Assembly (NCBI GenBank): GCA_038245295.1
Contig: JBBRSP010000045.1
Span: 1 to 34,757, forward strand
Length of the DNA: 34,757 bases
Source of the DNA: Candidatus Binatia bacterium
GTDB taxonomy: Bacteria; Desulfobacterota; Binatia; HRBIN30
Direction: 5' to 3'
The position numbers and the translations under genes were made by a program. Below, one piece after another: positions 12,872-23,775 of this stretch (positions within the stretch are counted from its first letter, which is position 1; every line of letters begins with the position of its first letter). Below the pieces are notes generated by a model. That model was not told the DNA's origin. It worked only from the letters and a program-made list of their open reading frames with translations, and did no database searches.

Positions 12872-13498
12872 TTGGCTCGATATATTGATTCAGTGTGCCG
12901 GCAGTGCCGGCGTGAAGGCACCAAGCTCTTTTTGAAGGGCGAGCGCTGCTACACCGATAAGTGCGCCATCGAACGGCGGAACTACCCGCCTGGTCAACAT
13001 GGCCAGGGGCGCACGAAGTTCTCCGAGTATGCTGTGCAGCTGCGCGAGAAGCAAAAGGTCAAGCGCATGTACGGCCTGCTCGAAGCGCAATTCCGTCGCT
13101 ACTTCGAGACGGCCGAACGTCTGCGCGGTATCACCGGCGAGAACCTGCTCCTCTTGTTGGAACAGCGCCTCGACAATATGGTCTACCGGATGGGCTTTGC
13201 GACCTCACGAGCCGAAGCACGGCAGTTGGTGCGCCATGGCCACTTCCAGGTCAACGGTAAGAAGGTCGATATCCCGTCCTTCCGTGTCAAAGTCGGCCAG
13301 GCTGTGACCGTTCGTGAGCGCAGCCGCACCGTCGCTCGCATCGTCGAAGCCTTGGCTCAGGCCGAACGTCGCGGCATTCCGGACTGGATCGAAGTGCAGA
13401 AGGACGCCTTTTCCGCGCGTCTGAAGGCGCTGCCGACACGCGCCGACTTGACCATGCCGATCAACGAGAAGCTGATCGTCGAGCTGTATTCGAAGTGA
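12872..13498 (+). CDS. rpsD: 30S ribosomal protein S4
   Basis: [33 protein letters not shown]. Confidence 0.99.
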   Translation: MARYIDSVCRQCRREGTKLFLKGERCYTDKCAIERRNYPPGQHGQGRTKFSEYAVQLREKQKVKRMYGLLEAQFRRYFETAERLRGITGENLLLLLEQRLDNMVYRMGFATSRAEARQLVRHGHFQVNGKKVDIPSFRVKVGQAVTVRERSRTVARIVEALAQAERRGIPDWIEVQKDAFSARLKALPTRADLTMPINEKLIVELYSK

Positions 13499-13541
13499 AG
13501 GACTGGTCGGAACAACCGAAACCAGCGGGAGGTTGCTAGCG

Positions 13542-14561
13542 ATGCTACCGCAACGCAATTGGCGCGATCTGATCAAACCGAAACAACTCGTCGCCGACGA
13601 GGAAACGACGCAGACCTTCGGGAAGTTTGTGGCGGAGCCGCTCGAGCGAGGATTCGGTATCACCATCGGCAACTCGCTGCGCCGCATTCTGCTGTCGTCT
13701 CTGCAAGGCACCGCTATCACCGCCATCAAGGTGAAGGGTGTCCTGCACGAGTTCTCGACCATCCCCGGCGTGCGCGAGGATGTCACCGATATCGTTCTGA
13801 ACCTCAAGGAAGTGCGTCTGCGCTTGAACGATGGATTGCAGGGCTCGGCGCGTATCGAATCCAAGGGCGACGGCGTGGTGACGGCGAAAGACATCGTTGC
13901 CAGCCCGTTCGTCGAGGTTCTGAATCCGGACCAACACATCGCCACCCTTTCGAAGGAAGGGCGCCTCGATGTTGATCTGACCCTCAAGCTCGGCCGCGGC
14001 TACGTGCCCGCTGAACGCAACAAGGACGAAGACGCTCCGGTCGGCACCATTCCGATCGACGCCATCTTCTCGCCGGTGCGCAAGGTGAACTACAACGTCA
14101 GCAACGCCCGCGTCGGTCAACGCACTGACTACGAGAAGCTGACGATCGAGTTGTGGACGGACGGCAGCGTGCGCCCCGATGACGCGATTGCCTACGCGGC
14201 GCGCATCCTGCAGGATCAACTGGCGATCTTCGTCAACTTCGAAGAGCAGCCGGAAGAGCCGGAGCAGGTCGCGGCCGACGGGCCGGGGCTCAACGACAAC
14301 CTGTTCCGCAGCGTCGCCGAGCTCGATTTGTCGGTGCGTTCTGCCAACTGTTTGCAGAATGCCGGCATCAAGTACATCGGTGAGCTGGTGCAGCGTACCG
14401 AGGCCGAGATGTTGAAGACCAAGAATTTCGGCCGCAAGTCGCTCAACGAGATCAAAGAGATCCTGCGCGACATGGGTCTGGACTTCGGAATGCGTTTGGA
14501 GAGTTTCCCGCCGCGTGCCGAGCTCGATGCCCGCTGGGCCCGCGAACGCGAGAGCGCCTAA
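13542..14561 (+). CDS. rpoA: RNA polymerase alpha subunit
   Basis: [47 protein letters not shown] at 13542 follows GGAGGT. Confidence 0.99.
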   Translation: MLPQRNWRDLIKPKQLVADEETTQTFGKFVAEPLERGFGITIGNSLRRILLSSLQGTAITAIKVKGVLHEFSTIPGVREDVTDIVLNLKEVRLRLNDGLQGSARIESKGDGVVTAKDIVASPFVEVLNPDQHIATLSKEGRLDVDLTLKLGRGYVPAERNKDEDAPVGTIPIDAIFSPVRKVNYNVSNARVGQRTDYEKLTIELWTDGSVRPDDAIAYAARILQDQLAIFVNFEEQPEEPEQVAADGPGLNDNLFRSVAELDLSVRSANCLQNAGIKYIGELVQRTEAEMLKTKNFGRKSLNEIKEILRDMGLDFGMRLESFPPRAELDARWARERESA

Positions 14562-14597
14562 GGAGCGGCGACGCGCAAGGAAGTTGGAGCTTAACCA

Positions 14598-15047
14598 ATG
14601 AGACACCTCAATACCGGGCGCAAGCTCAACCGGACGAGTACCCATCGCAAAGCGATGTTCCGGAACATGGTGACGTCGCTGATCGAGCACGAGCAGATCC
14701 GCACCACCGATGCCAAAGCCAAGGAACTGCGCCGGGTCGTCGACAAGATGATCACCCTGGGCAAACGCGGCACCTTGCATGCCCGCCGTCAGGCCGCTGC
14801 CTACGTGCGGACCCGCACCGCCGTCACCAAGCTGTTCAGCGAAGTGGCGGATCGCTTCCGCGAACGCCCAGGTGGCTACACGCGCATCATCAAGCTCGGC
14901 ACCCGGGTCGGCGACGCCGCCCAGATGTCGATGATCGAGCTGGTCGACCGCGGCGATGCCCACAAGGCGGAAGCCGAGAAGAAGCGCGAACGTCGCGTAC
15001 GCCGCGCCCAGAAGAAGACCGAAGGCCAACCGGCCGCACCTCAGTGA
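14598..15047 (+). CDS. rplQ: 50S ribosomal protein L17
   Basis: [31 protein letters not shown]. Confidence 0.99.
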   Translation: MRHLNTGRKLNRTSTHRKAMFRNMVTSLIEHEQIRTTDAKAKELRRVVDKMITLGKRGTLHARRQAAAYVRTRTAVTKLFSEVADRFRERPGGYTRIIKLGTRVGDAAQMSMIELVDRGDAHKAEAEKKRERRVRRAQKKTEGQPAAPQ

Positions 15048-15053
15048 TTTATC

Positions 15054-15085
15054 GGGCCGATCCGTCACTCACGACGGATCGGCCC
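15054..15085. terminator. Perfect 13-bp hairpin between convergent rplQ and amidase; probable terminator
   Basis: GGGCCGATCCGTC-actcac-GACGGATCGGCCC, 6 nt after the rplQ stop; only a weak U-tract. Confidence 0.65.
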
Positions 15086-15113
15086 AAGTTCTCCCCCCGC
15101 CATTTCGTAGTTC

Positions 15114-16577
15114 TCAATCTCCCGCTATCGCCGGCCAGCGGTCAGCCCACGGCGCTGCCTGCTCGATCGCCGCGGCGATCTGCAACAAGAGATCCTCACG
15201 TCCGAAGGCGGCTACCAGCTGCGCTCCCACCGGCAAGCCCGTCGACGTGTGGTGTATCGGCAGCGAAATCGCCGGTTGGCCACTCAGGTTGAAGATCGAT
15301 GTAAAACTTCCGTACGGTGCTGCCTTCATCCATCCGGAGAGCGGATCATCCGCCGGCGCCGCCATGGAGCCGAGCGGGGGAGGGGGCAAGGCCGCCGTCG
15401 GCGTGAGCAAGAGATCAAAGCCGCTATTCCACCAGGCCGCCGTGCGACGGCCAATCGCATGTACAGTGTCGATGGCGGCCAGATAGGTCGACGCCGAGAA
15501 GCTCCGCCCCATCTCCGCCACCGCCGCGGTGAGTGGTTCCACATCGCCGGGCTGCAGAGGCCGGCCGAGGCGCGTCTCGAGAACTTCGAGCAATCGAGTG
15601 ATGTTGCAAGCCACTACGGTGGCGAACGCTCTCAGACCTTCGAGATCACCAAGCGCGTCGGGATGGGACTCGACAACCTCGTGCCCGAGATCAGCGAGAA
15701 GTTTCGCCGTGCGCGTTGCGGCAGCTGTACAATCCTCATCAACCACCAGGCCGTCACGTGGTGACGTGCTCAGGATGCCGATGCGCAGTCGCTTCAGCGG
15801 TTGCGTCGCTACTTCCCGATAGGACGGGGCGGGAGGGCTCGCCCAATAGGGATCACCGGCGACATTGCCGGAGTAGACGTCGAGAATGGCCGCGGTATCC
15901 CGAACACTGCGGGTCACCACCAGCTCGCACGAGAATCCGCCCCAGCGTTCACCGGCGTTGGGCCCGAAGGAGCCGCGGGCGCGCGTCGGCTTGAGACCAA
16001 CCAGGCCACAATGCGACGCCGGAATGCGGATCGAGCCACCGCCATCACTGGCGTGTGCCGCCGCAACCATGCCGGCGGCGACCGCGGCGGCCGAGCCGCC
16101 ACTGGAGCCGCCTGAGCTGTGTCCGACATTCCAGGGATTACGCGTTGGCCCGTACGCCAACGGTTCCGTCGTCGGCTGCAATCCATACTCGGGCGTGTTG
16201 GTGCGCCCCAGTGAAATGAAGCCGGCCTCGCGAAACCGCGCGGCGGTGAAGCTGTCCACCTTTTCCGTGGCGCCGGCCTGTTGCTTCAGCGCCGCCACCC
16301 CGCGGTGACACGGCGCTCCGGCTTCCTCACCGCCCAGATCCTTCATCAGAAACGGCACGCCGTAGAACGGCTGTCCCGCCGCGGCGGCTTTGCCGTCGAG
16401 CTGTCGCGCTTGCCGGCGCGCGCGCTCGAACGCCGGTAGGATCACGGCGTTGATTTGCGGATTGAGTCGCTCGATGCGGCCAATCGCCAGGTCGACCAGC
16501 TCACTGGGCGAGATCTTGCGGTTACGCACCAATTCGGCCTGAGCCGTGGCGTCGAGTTTCCAGATGTCGCTGCTCAT
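15114..16577 (-). CDS. Amidase signature family enzyme (Ser-cisSer-Lys)
   Basis: GVPFLMKDL, GRTNTPE, TRNPWN, GGSSGGSAAAVAAG, SDGGGSIRIPASHCG. Confidence 0.95.
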   Translation of the reverse strand: MSSDIWKLDATAQAELVRNRKISPSELVDLAIGRIERLNPQINAVILPAFERARRQARQLDGKAAAAGQPFYGVPFLMKDLGGEEAGAPCHRGVAALKQQAGATEKVDSFTAARFREAGFISLGRTNTPEYGLQPTTEPLAYGPTRNPWNVGHSSGGSSGGSAAAVAAGMVAAAHASDGGGSIRIPASHCGLVGLKPTRARGSFGPNAGERWGGFSCELVVTRSVRDTAAILDVYSGNVAGDPYWASPPAPSYREVATQPLKRLRIGILSTSPRDGLVVDEDCTAAATRTAKLLADLGHEVVESHPDALGDLEGLRAFATVVACNITRLLEVLETRLGRPLQPGDVEPLTAAVAEMGRSFSASTYLAAIDTVHAIGRRTAAWWNSGFDLLLTPTAALPPPPLGSMAAPADDPLSGWMKAAPYGSFTSIFNLSGQPAISLPIHHTSTGLPVGAQLVAAFGREDLLLQIAAAIEQAAPWADRWPAIAGD

Positions 16578-16619
16578 GTTGACTCCTTCATCAAACCTGT
16601 CCTGGGGTTCAACGGCATC

Positions 16620-16782
16620 CCCTCTCCCAGATCGAATCGATTCGCAACCGCTGGGAGAGGGTTAGGGTGAGGGTTCGGGTTGATTCTAAGGAATCGGATG
16701 TTCCCAATGGCACCGTCTCCGGGCCCTCACCCTCACCCTAACCCTCTCCCGCACGCTGAATTTCCGCTCGATGTGGGAGAGG
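16620..16782. repeat. Inverted pair of REP-like palindromes (CCCTCACCCTAACCCTCTCCC..GGGAGAGG family)
   Basis: CCCTCTCCC..GGGAGAGGGTTAGGGTGAGGG (16620-16673) and its inverse CCCTCACCCTAACCCTCTCCC..GGGAGAGG (16730-16782). Confidence 0.85.
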
Positions 16783-16796
16783 CGGGCAGGGCTCCA

Positions 16797-18095
<1,299 letters not shown>

Positions 18096-18165
18096 TTATT
18101 GTGCGCGTCGGTCCACCCGACTTCAGGCTTGTTCCGCTCTCACCTGACTGGTAGACGCGGCGGCT

Positions 18166-18711
18166 GTGGGTGCACCGAAACATTTGATCTGGGCTGATCT
18201 GGAGATGACCGGACTCGATCCGGATCGCGACTCGATTCTGGAAATCGCTCTGTTGGCGACGGATGACGCGCTCAACATCGTCGCCGAGGGGCCGGTTTTG
18301 GCAATCCGTCATTCGAAGGACGTTCTGGATGCGATGGACGACTGGAACCGCGAGCACCACGGCGCTTCGGGTCTGACGCAGCGGGCGCTCGATTCAAACG
18401 TCAGCATGGCCGACGCCGAGAAGGCGTGTCTGGATTTCATCAAGCAGCATTCGGCCGAACGCGGCTCACCCTTGTGCGGCAACTCGATCTGGCAAGACCG
18501 CCGCTTCATCGCGCGCTACATGCCGAAGGTCGATGCCTTTCTACATTATCGTGTCATCGATGTGAGCACCGTGAAGGAGCTCGTCTCCCGCTGGTACCCG
18601 AACGGCGAAAAGCCGCCAACCAAGAAACATGCTCACCTGGCTCTCGACGACATCCGCGAATCGATCGAAGAACTACGCTTCTACCAATCGAAGTACTTCA
18701 TCCCTTCCTGA
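18166..18711 (+). CDS. orn: Oligoribonuclease (DEDDh)
   Basis: LIWADLEMTGLD, PLCGNSIWQDRRF, HYRVIDVSTVKEL, HLALDDIRESIEELRFY. Confidence 0.97.
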   Translation: MGAPKHLIWADLEMTGLDPDRDSILEIALLATDDALNIVAEGPVLAIRHSKDVLDAMDDWNREHHGASGLTQRALDSNVSMADAEKACLDFIKQHSAERGSPLCGNSIWQDRRFIARYMPKVDAFLHYRVIDVSTVKELVSRWYPNGEKPPTKKHAHLALDDIRESIEELRFYQSKYFIPS

Positions 18712-18713
18712 AT

Positions 18714-18761
18714 CCAAATCGCCAAATGGCCAAATGGCCAAATGGAAGGATGGCCAAATGG
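18714..18761. repeat. Tandem 8-bp repeat (CCAAATGG)x6, imperfect
   Basis: CCAAATCG CCAAATGG CCAAATGG CCAAATGG AAGGATGG CCAAATGG fills the gap between convergent stop codons. Confidence 0.85.
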
Positions 18762-18763
18762 AA

Positions 18764-20179
18764 TCAGTGCGCATCCTGACCGCCGCGCCACATCGCCACT
18801 CGACCACCGCCATCCCCGGAGATGAGCCGGCCGTTGATCCAAGTCAATGCAAAGAGCTGCGCGTCATGGAAGTTGAGCGGCTGAAGTTCGGTTTCCGTGC
18901 CGACCTGTAGCAAGCCGCCAACCCCGCCTACTGCCAGGCGACCGCTGTTCTGGTCGACGGCAAAGGCCGACAAAGGTTTGTTCAGCGACGCTACGACCGT
19001 CGCAGGACCCTGCAACAGGGGCCAGCGACGCAGGACCCCGTCATCGCCGGTGCTGAAGAACCAATCGTCCTTGTACCGTTGAATGACTCGCGCCGCGACT
19101 TTACCGCCAGGACGCGTTCCGAACACTCCGCCATTCACCGTGTCGATCAGTGTCAGTGAGCCATCGTCATCGATCGACGCCAGTCGCCGCTCGTTCGCCA
19201 CGGCGAGGATGCCCGGATCCTGACCGAGGGCGATGTCGCGCATACGCGTCAGCTTGTGCCCGTCCCACACTTCGGTGCCATGCGAATAGAAGCGCGAAAC
19301 GAAGATGCGTTCGCCATCCAGCGACCACGTGAGCGATTGGATGACGCCATTGCCGGCGACGGACTCGGCAAGGATCTTGCCTTTGTCGCTGTCGTACAAG
19401 TGCACTCGCCCCTCGATGGCGACGGCCAGGCGGGTTCGATCCGGGCTGAGCTCGAGTGAGTTGACGAAGATTGGATGCGGGGTCTCGTCGGTCGTTACCT
19501 CGACCGGTGATGGCGGCTCGAAGGCGGTGACGAACTGTCCAGAGCTGATGCTCCACCGCGTAATCCCCGAATCTTCGGCGGCAATCAGCAAATCATCATC
19601 GGTGAGCCCTACGGAAAATGCGTTGATCGCCGACGCGAACTTCATCGAGCACTGTGGCCGTGAGCCGGCTCCACCACGGTCCGGTTCGCAGCCGTTCGGC
19701 GGCAGGCTGGCCGCACCGGAGCCATTCACCTGTAGCGGCACGAGGAAATGACTTTCGATGTTCTCGGCGCCCGGCGGCACAAGCTTGACCGCGAGCGCCG
19801 CGTGAGTGCCCTGCAGCGCCTGCGCCGCGCCGGTGAATCGGTCGGCTTGCGGGGCCAGGCCGACTTCCTGTCGTACCGTTCCCACCTGAACCGTGGCGGA
19901 GCCTGTCCATCCCGCCGGCGTCACAGGTTTGCGCCACAGATCGGTGACCCACACGGTGATTCGACCGCTGGAGTCGGCGGTAGCTTCGATGTGGTGCGTG
20001 CCGACCATCGACACGATGCCATTGTGCTGCGGTCGATGATCGTGCATCCGCGCCGTCGAAGCCGGCGTCGGCGTGGAGGAGGTCGGAGACTCTCCAGGAG
20101 ACTTTGACCCGCTGCAGCCGCTGCCAATCAGCGAAGAAACTGCGGCCGCCAGCAAAAATGCGACACGCACCCTAGTCAT
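18764..20179 (-). CDS. Putative lipoprotein with His-rich N-terminal domain and WD40-like beta-propeller
   Basis: Signal peptide with lipobox-like GSG-C, S/T/P linker, MHDHRPQHNG..THHIE; WD-like blades (VNSLELSPD, IQSLTWSLDG, FSTGDDGVLRRW, ISGDGGGRVAMW). Confidence 0.7.
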   Translation of the reverse strand: MTRVRVAFLLAAAVSSLIGSGCSGSKSPGESPTSSTPTPASTARMHDHRPQHNGIVSMVGTHHIEATADSSGRITVWVTDLWRKPVTPAGWTGSATVQVGTVRQEVGLAPQADRFTGAAQALQGTHAALAVKLVPPGAENIESHFLVPLQVNGSGAASLPPNGCEPDRGGAGSRPQCSMKFASAINAFSVGLTDDDLLIAAEDSGITRWSISSGQFVTAFEPPSPVEVTTDETPHPIFVNSLELSPDRTRLAVAIEGRVHLYDSDKGKILAESVAGNGVIQSLTWSLDGERIFVSRFYSHGTEVWDGHKLTRMRDIALGQDPGILAVANERRLASIDDDGSLTLIDTVNGGVFGTRPGGKVAARVIQRYKDDWFFSTGDDGVLRRWPLLQGPATVVASLNKPLSAFAVDQNSGRLAVGGVGGLLQVGTETELQPLNFHDAQLFALTWINGRLISGDGGGRVAMWRGGQDAH

Positions 20180-20299
20180 TTGCGAACGCCACTATCAGAT
20201 CGCGTGATGTTTGCACAAGCGTTTGCGATGTTTGAATTGATTCCGTCACTTCTGCGCCGGCAGTTTGACCTGATCGGGCGCCTCCGCTTTGAAGTGCCT

Positions 20300-22819
20300 G
20301 TGCCGCGTGGCTTGCCGATCGATCCGATACTTCCCGACATCACCGACGCCGTTCGGCACCATCCTTGTATCGTCCTGCAGGCCGAACCCGGTGCCGGCAA
20401 GACGACACGCGTGCCCGGCGCCTTACTGGACGCCGGGCTGGCCGGCGACGGCGATATCGTCGTGCTGGAGCCGCGACGCATCGCCGCAAGAGCGTCGGCT
20501 GAGTTTGTGGCGCGCGCCCGCGGCGGACGTGTTGGTGGCGAGGTCGGTTATCGCGTTCGTTTCGAACAGGTCGGTGATCACGCCACGCGCCTGTGGTTCA
20601 TCACCGAAGGCATCTTCGGCCGCCGGCTGGTGTCGGATCCGTTCCTCGAGGGCGTCGGCATCGTCATCCTCGATGAGTTTCACGAACGCCACGTCGCCGG
20701 TGACGTCGCCCTGACGACGCTGCGCGAGCTGCAGCAGACGCTCCGCCCGGACCTGCGGCTCGTCGTGATGTCGGCGACGATCGAGGCCGATCGGGTGGCG
20801 CATTACCTCGACAACTGCCCGGTCATCCATTCACACGGCCGACACTATCCGGTGGATGTCCAGTATGAGGCGGCGACGGATACAGCTCCTGTCTGGGATC
20901 GCTGTGCACGCGCCGTCCGCACCACGCTGGCTCAAGGCGAAGGCGACATCCTCGTCTTTCTCCCCGGTGCGGCCGAGATTCGCCGCACCGCCGAGCGGCT
21001 GGGCGGCCTTCCGAATGTCGCGGTGCTGACTCTTCACGGCGACATGCCCCTCGAAGAGCAGCGTCGGGTCATCGAGCCGGGGCCGCAACGGCGCGTCGTC
21101 TTGTCGACCAATGTGGCCGAGACATCACTGACCATCGACGGGATCACCACCGTCATCGACTCGGGCCTGGTGCGCGAGTCACGGCTCGACGCGCGCCATG
21201 GCCTCAATCGGTTGCGCACGCTGAGCATCAGCCGGGCTTCGGCCGATCAACGCGCCGGACGTGCCGGGCGCACCGCGCCCGGCCGTTGCGTCCGGTTGTG
21301 GACCCGCGCCGAGAATCTCGGCCGCCGTGAACACGACACGCCGGAGATTCTCCGACTCGATTTGAGCGCCATGTTGCTGGAGATCAGCGCCTGGGGACTG
21401 CGGCGCCCTGAGGATCTCATATGGCTCGATTCGCCTCAGCCCACCGCGATGGCGCATGCCGAGCGGCTGCTGCGCGCGCTCGGTGCCATCGACGTCGAGC
21501 GGCGTGTCAGCGACGTCGGCCAGCGTATGTTGCGTTTTGGCGTCGAGCCCCGGTTGGCCCGTATGCTCGTCGCGGCGGAAGACCTAGGCTGTGCTTCGCA
21601 AGCCGCGACGCTCGCCGCCCTCGCCTCGGAGCGCGATATTTTCCGCGAGCAGCGCGCCTTCGGCGGCCGGACGACCGAGCTCCATACGGGGCAGTCGGAT
21701 CTGCTGGTGCGCCTGGCGGCATTCGAGGAAGCGGCGCGTAGCCATTGGGACGCACGAACCTGTGAGCGACTTGGGATCGACCGCGGTGTGGCGCGTGCCG
21801 TCGACCGGGTCCGCAGCCAACTGGCGCGTCGCGGCGGCGGTGTGGCCGGCGTCAAGACCAAGGATGATGCCCTGTTGCGTTGCATCGCCGCTGGCTTCCC
21901 CGATCGCGTTTGCCGCCGACGCGCCGAGGGTTTATTGACGGCCGTGATGGTGGGCAACACCGGCCTGGTGCAGTCGGAGCACAGTGTCGTTCGCGAGCCG
22001 GAATTGTTCGTGGCGATCGACGTCGACGGCAGCAAACGGCGCGGCCAGGTCGAATCGATCGTGCGCATCGCCAGTGCTGTTCACCGCGAATGGCTTGCCG
22101 AGATTGCTCCCGGAGCGCTCTCCGTGCAGGTGGACACGATCTACGACAGCGAGCGGCAACGAGTTGTCGAACAGCGGCGCCAGTGTTTCCTCGATCTCGT
22201 GCTCGACGAGAAGATCTCGACCAAGGTCGACCCCAGCCGCGCCGGCGAGGTCCTGGCTGCGGCGGTGCTCGCCGCACCGCTCGCGCGGCAGGAAATGCTG
22301 GGGCACTTCGAGAACATCGTTGAACGTGTCCGCTTCCTGCGCGCGACGCTCGGCGAGAGCGACTTCCCTGACGCCGATGAATTTGCCGATGACGTAATTC
22401 GCAGTGCCTGTGTGGGCCAGACGACGATGGCCAGTTTGCGCGGCCTGGAATGGACCAAGTGGGCGCGTGCGACCCTGACCCATCCGCAGCGCCAGGCCTT
22501 GGAGCGCGAGGCGCCGGAGAAGCTCGACCTGCCATCGGGTCGCAGCGCGTCGATCCACTACAGCCGCGAGCGTGCTCCCTTCGTGGCGGTGCGTATCCAG
22601 CACGCCTTCGGCTTGCGCCAATCGCCGCGCCTGGCGCGCGGCCGCGTTGCCGTGGTTTTCGAGTTGCTGGCCCCCAATCAACGCCCGGCGCAAGTGACCG
22701 ACGATCTCGAGAGCTTTTGGAAACGCGGCTACCCCGAAGTGCGCAAGTTGCTGCGCGGACGTTACCCGAAGCATTCGTGGCCGGAGGATCCGTTCAGCCC
22801 GGAGACCGGGCGACGCTAA
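20300..22819 (+). CDS. hrpB: ATP-dependent helicase HrpB (DEAH/RHA)
   Basis: LPIDPIL, AEPGAGKTT, EPRRIAAR, DEFHER, MSAT, STNVAETSLTI, QRAGRAGR, SFWKRGYPEVRKLLRGRYPKHSWPEDP; start approximate (frame open from 20180). Confidence 0.95.
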   Translation: MPRGLPIDPILPDITDAVRHHPCIVLQAEPGAGKTTRVPGALLDAGLAGDGDIVVLEPRRIAARASAEFVARARGGRVGGEVGYRVRFEQVGDHATRLWFITEGIFGRRLVSDPFLEGVGIVILDEFHERHVAGDVALTTLRELQQTLRPDLRLVVMSATIEADRVAHYLDNCPVIHSHGRHYPVDVQYEAATDTAPVWDRCARAVRTTLAQGEGDILVFLPGAAEIRRTAERLGGLPNVAVLTLHGDMPLEEQRRVIEPGPQRRVVLSTNVAETSLTIDGITTVIDSGLVRESRLDARHGLNRLRTLSISRASADQRAGRAGRTAPGRCVRLWTRAENLGRREHDTPEILRLDLSAMLLEISAWGLRRPEDLIWLDSPQPTAMAHAERLLRALGAIDVERRVSDVGQRMLRFGVEPRLARMLVAAEDLGCASQAATLAALASERDIFREQRAFGGRTTELHTGQSDLLVRLAAFEEAARSHWDARTCERLGIDRGVARAVDRVRSQLARRGGGVAGVKTKDDALLRCIAAGFPDRVCRRRAEGLLTAVMVGNTGLVQSEHSVVREPELFVAIDVDGSKRRGQVESIVRIASAVHREWLAEIAPGALSVQVDTIYDSERQRVVEQRRQCFLDLVLDEKISTKVDPSRAGEVLAAAVLAAPLARQEMLGHFENIVERVRFLRATLGESDFPDADEFADDVIRSACVGQTTMASLRGLEWTKWARATLTHPQRQALEREAPEKLDLPSGRSASIHYSRERAPFVAVRIQHAFGLRQSPRLARGRVAVVFELLAPNQRPAQVTDDLESFWKRGYPEVRKLLRGRYPKHSWPEDPFSPETGRR

Positions 22820-22958
22820 GGTTCTTGGTGCAGCTTCCCTCCTTCAGTGGCATGACGCTTCTTGCCCGACAATCATGTCATCCGCGAATGCACACAGCCC
22901 GGCGGTTGGCCGGAACCAACTCAGGCCAAGCATCCCTACCTCGGTCATTCCGGCGAAA

Positions 22959-23175
22959 GAGACTGTCGAGTTTCCATAGAACGGCGCTTCGAGACGCCTA
23001 TCCTGAGCTACGTCGAAGGGGCACCCGCAGGTCTTGCGCAATTGGTGCCTCCTCAGCGCGAACGGAAAAGTATCCTGGAGATCAAAGCACCCCGTTCGGG
23101 CTGAGGAGGCCCACCTGGTGAAATCCGATCCGTGGGGCCGTCTCGAAGCCCGCCCTAGACTTCATCGACAGTCTC
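22959..23175. mobile_element. 217-bp non-autonomous element (MITE) with 11-bp terminal inverted repeats and 4-bp GAAA target duplication
   Basis: GAAA|GAGACTGTCGA...TCGACAGTCTC|GAAA; excision restores the palindrome GTCATTCCGGCGAAAGCCGAAATCTCCC. Confidence 0.75.
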
Positions 23176-23230
23176 GAAAGCCGAAATCTCCCACGCATTC
23201 GAGACTGTCGTAAAACCAAAGTGGAGCAAG

Positions 23231-23294
23231 GTCATCCCGGTGAAAACCGGGATCTCCCGAAAGCGGGCGAGATACCGGCTTGCGCCGGTATGAC
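23231..23294. repeat. REP-like palindrome doublet (GTCATYCCGG..CCGGGATC / GATACCGG..CCGGTATGAC)
   Basis: GTCATCCCGGTGAAAACCGGGATCTC and the inverted GAGATACCGGCTTGCGCCGGTATGAC. Confidence 0.8.
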
Positions 23295-23370
23295 GGAGGG
23301 AAAGATGGCTGCAGTGCATGTACGACCTGCAGCCTTCGCGATGGAAGCACTGTCGTGCTGGGCAGGCAGT

Positions 23371-23652
23371 ATGATGAGCGCGACGACGAAGCGTGGCGGC
23401 GCAAGGGTGTCGAAGGCACAGTCTCCATCGGAAGATCGCAGCCTGACACGCGACGAAATCGAACGACTCTTCGTTTCCGAATGGGTGCTCGTTGAGAGCC
23501 CGTCGAGCGACGTCGACCTACAGGTTCGCAAGGGAATTGTGGGCTGGCACAGCGCCGATCACGACGAAGTCTACCGCAAGGCAATCGAGCTCAAACCAAA
23601 GCGGGTCCTCTTGTTGGACACCCATCCACAAGACTCGGCGATTGTGCTGTGA
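23371..23652 (+). CDS. Small hypothetical protein (DUF5678-like); start uncertain
   Basis: LTRDEIERLFVSEWVLVE...G.V.WHSADHDEVYRKAIELKPK resembles a small-protein family I recall; the 3' end lies inside repeat copy A. Confidence 0.55.
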   Translation: MMSATTKRGGARVSKAQSPSEDRSLTRDEIERLFVSEWVLVESPSSDVDLQVRKGIVGWHSADHDEVYRKAIELKPKRVLLLDTHPQDSAIVL

Positions 23653-23724
23653 GATCAGCCCCGGGAATGAACGCACCGCTCAGCGACTGTCGCCGGGCGG
23701 AGATGGGGAGTCCTTCATGCCGCC
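23610..23724 (+). repeat. ~115-bp dispersed hairpin repeat, copy A
   Basis: CTTGTTGGACACCCATCCACAAGACTCGGCGATTGTG...CGGAGATGGGGAGTCCTTCATGCCGCC; aligns with 28470-28584 and 32570-32682. Confidence 0.95.
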
Positions 23725-23740
23725 CTACTGGTGGCAAACT

Positions 23741-23769
23741 TTGACAGAGTCTGCCACCGACAGTACACT
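23741..23769 (+). promoter_or_regulatory. Sigma70-type promoter of the parDE operon with overlapping inverted repeat
   Basis: TTGACA(23741)-17 nt-TACACT(23764); imperfect inverted repeat GGTGGCAAACTTTG-A-CAGAGTCTGCCACC spans the -35. Confidence 0.75.
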
Positions 23770-23775
23770 GCTCGC

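Noticed and set aside
13545..15068. 507-aa antisense ORF across rpoA-rplQ
   Set aside because: Shadow frame of conserved GC-rich genes; no recognisable motifs.
22844..23121. Short ORFs downstream of hrpB
   Set aside because: They overlap nested palindromic repeats and the MITE; translations such as PFDVAQD and SFAGMTE are repeat artefacts.
23221..23370. N-terminal extension of ORF 23221-23652
   Set aside because: It translates a REP palindrome (IPACAGMT-type text); the real start is likely downstream.
23610..23724. Repeat as tRNA or tmRNA fragment
   Set aside because: No T-loop GTTCRA, acceptor stem with CCA end, or recognisable tmRNA features.
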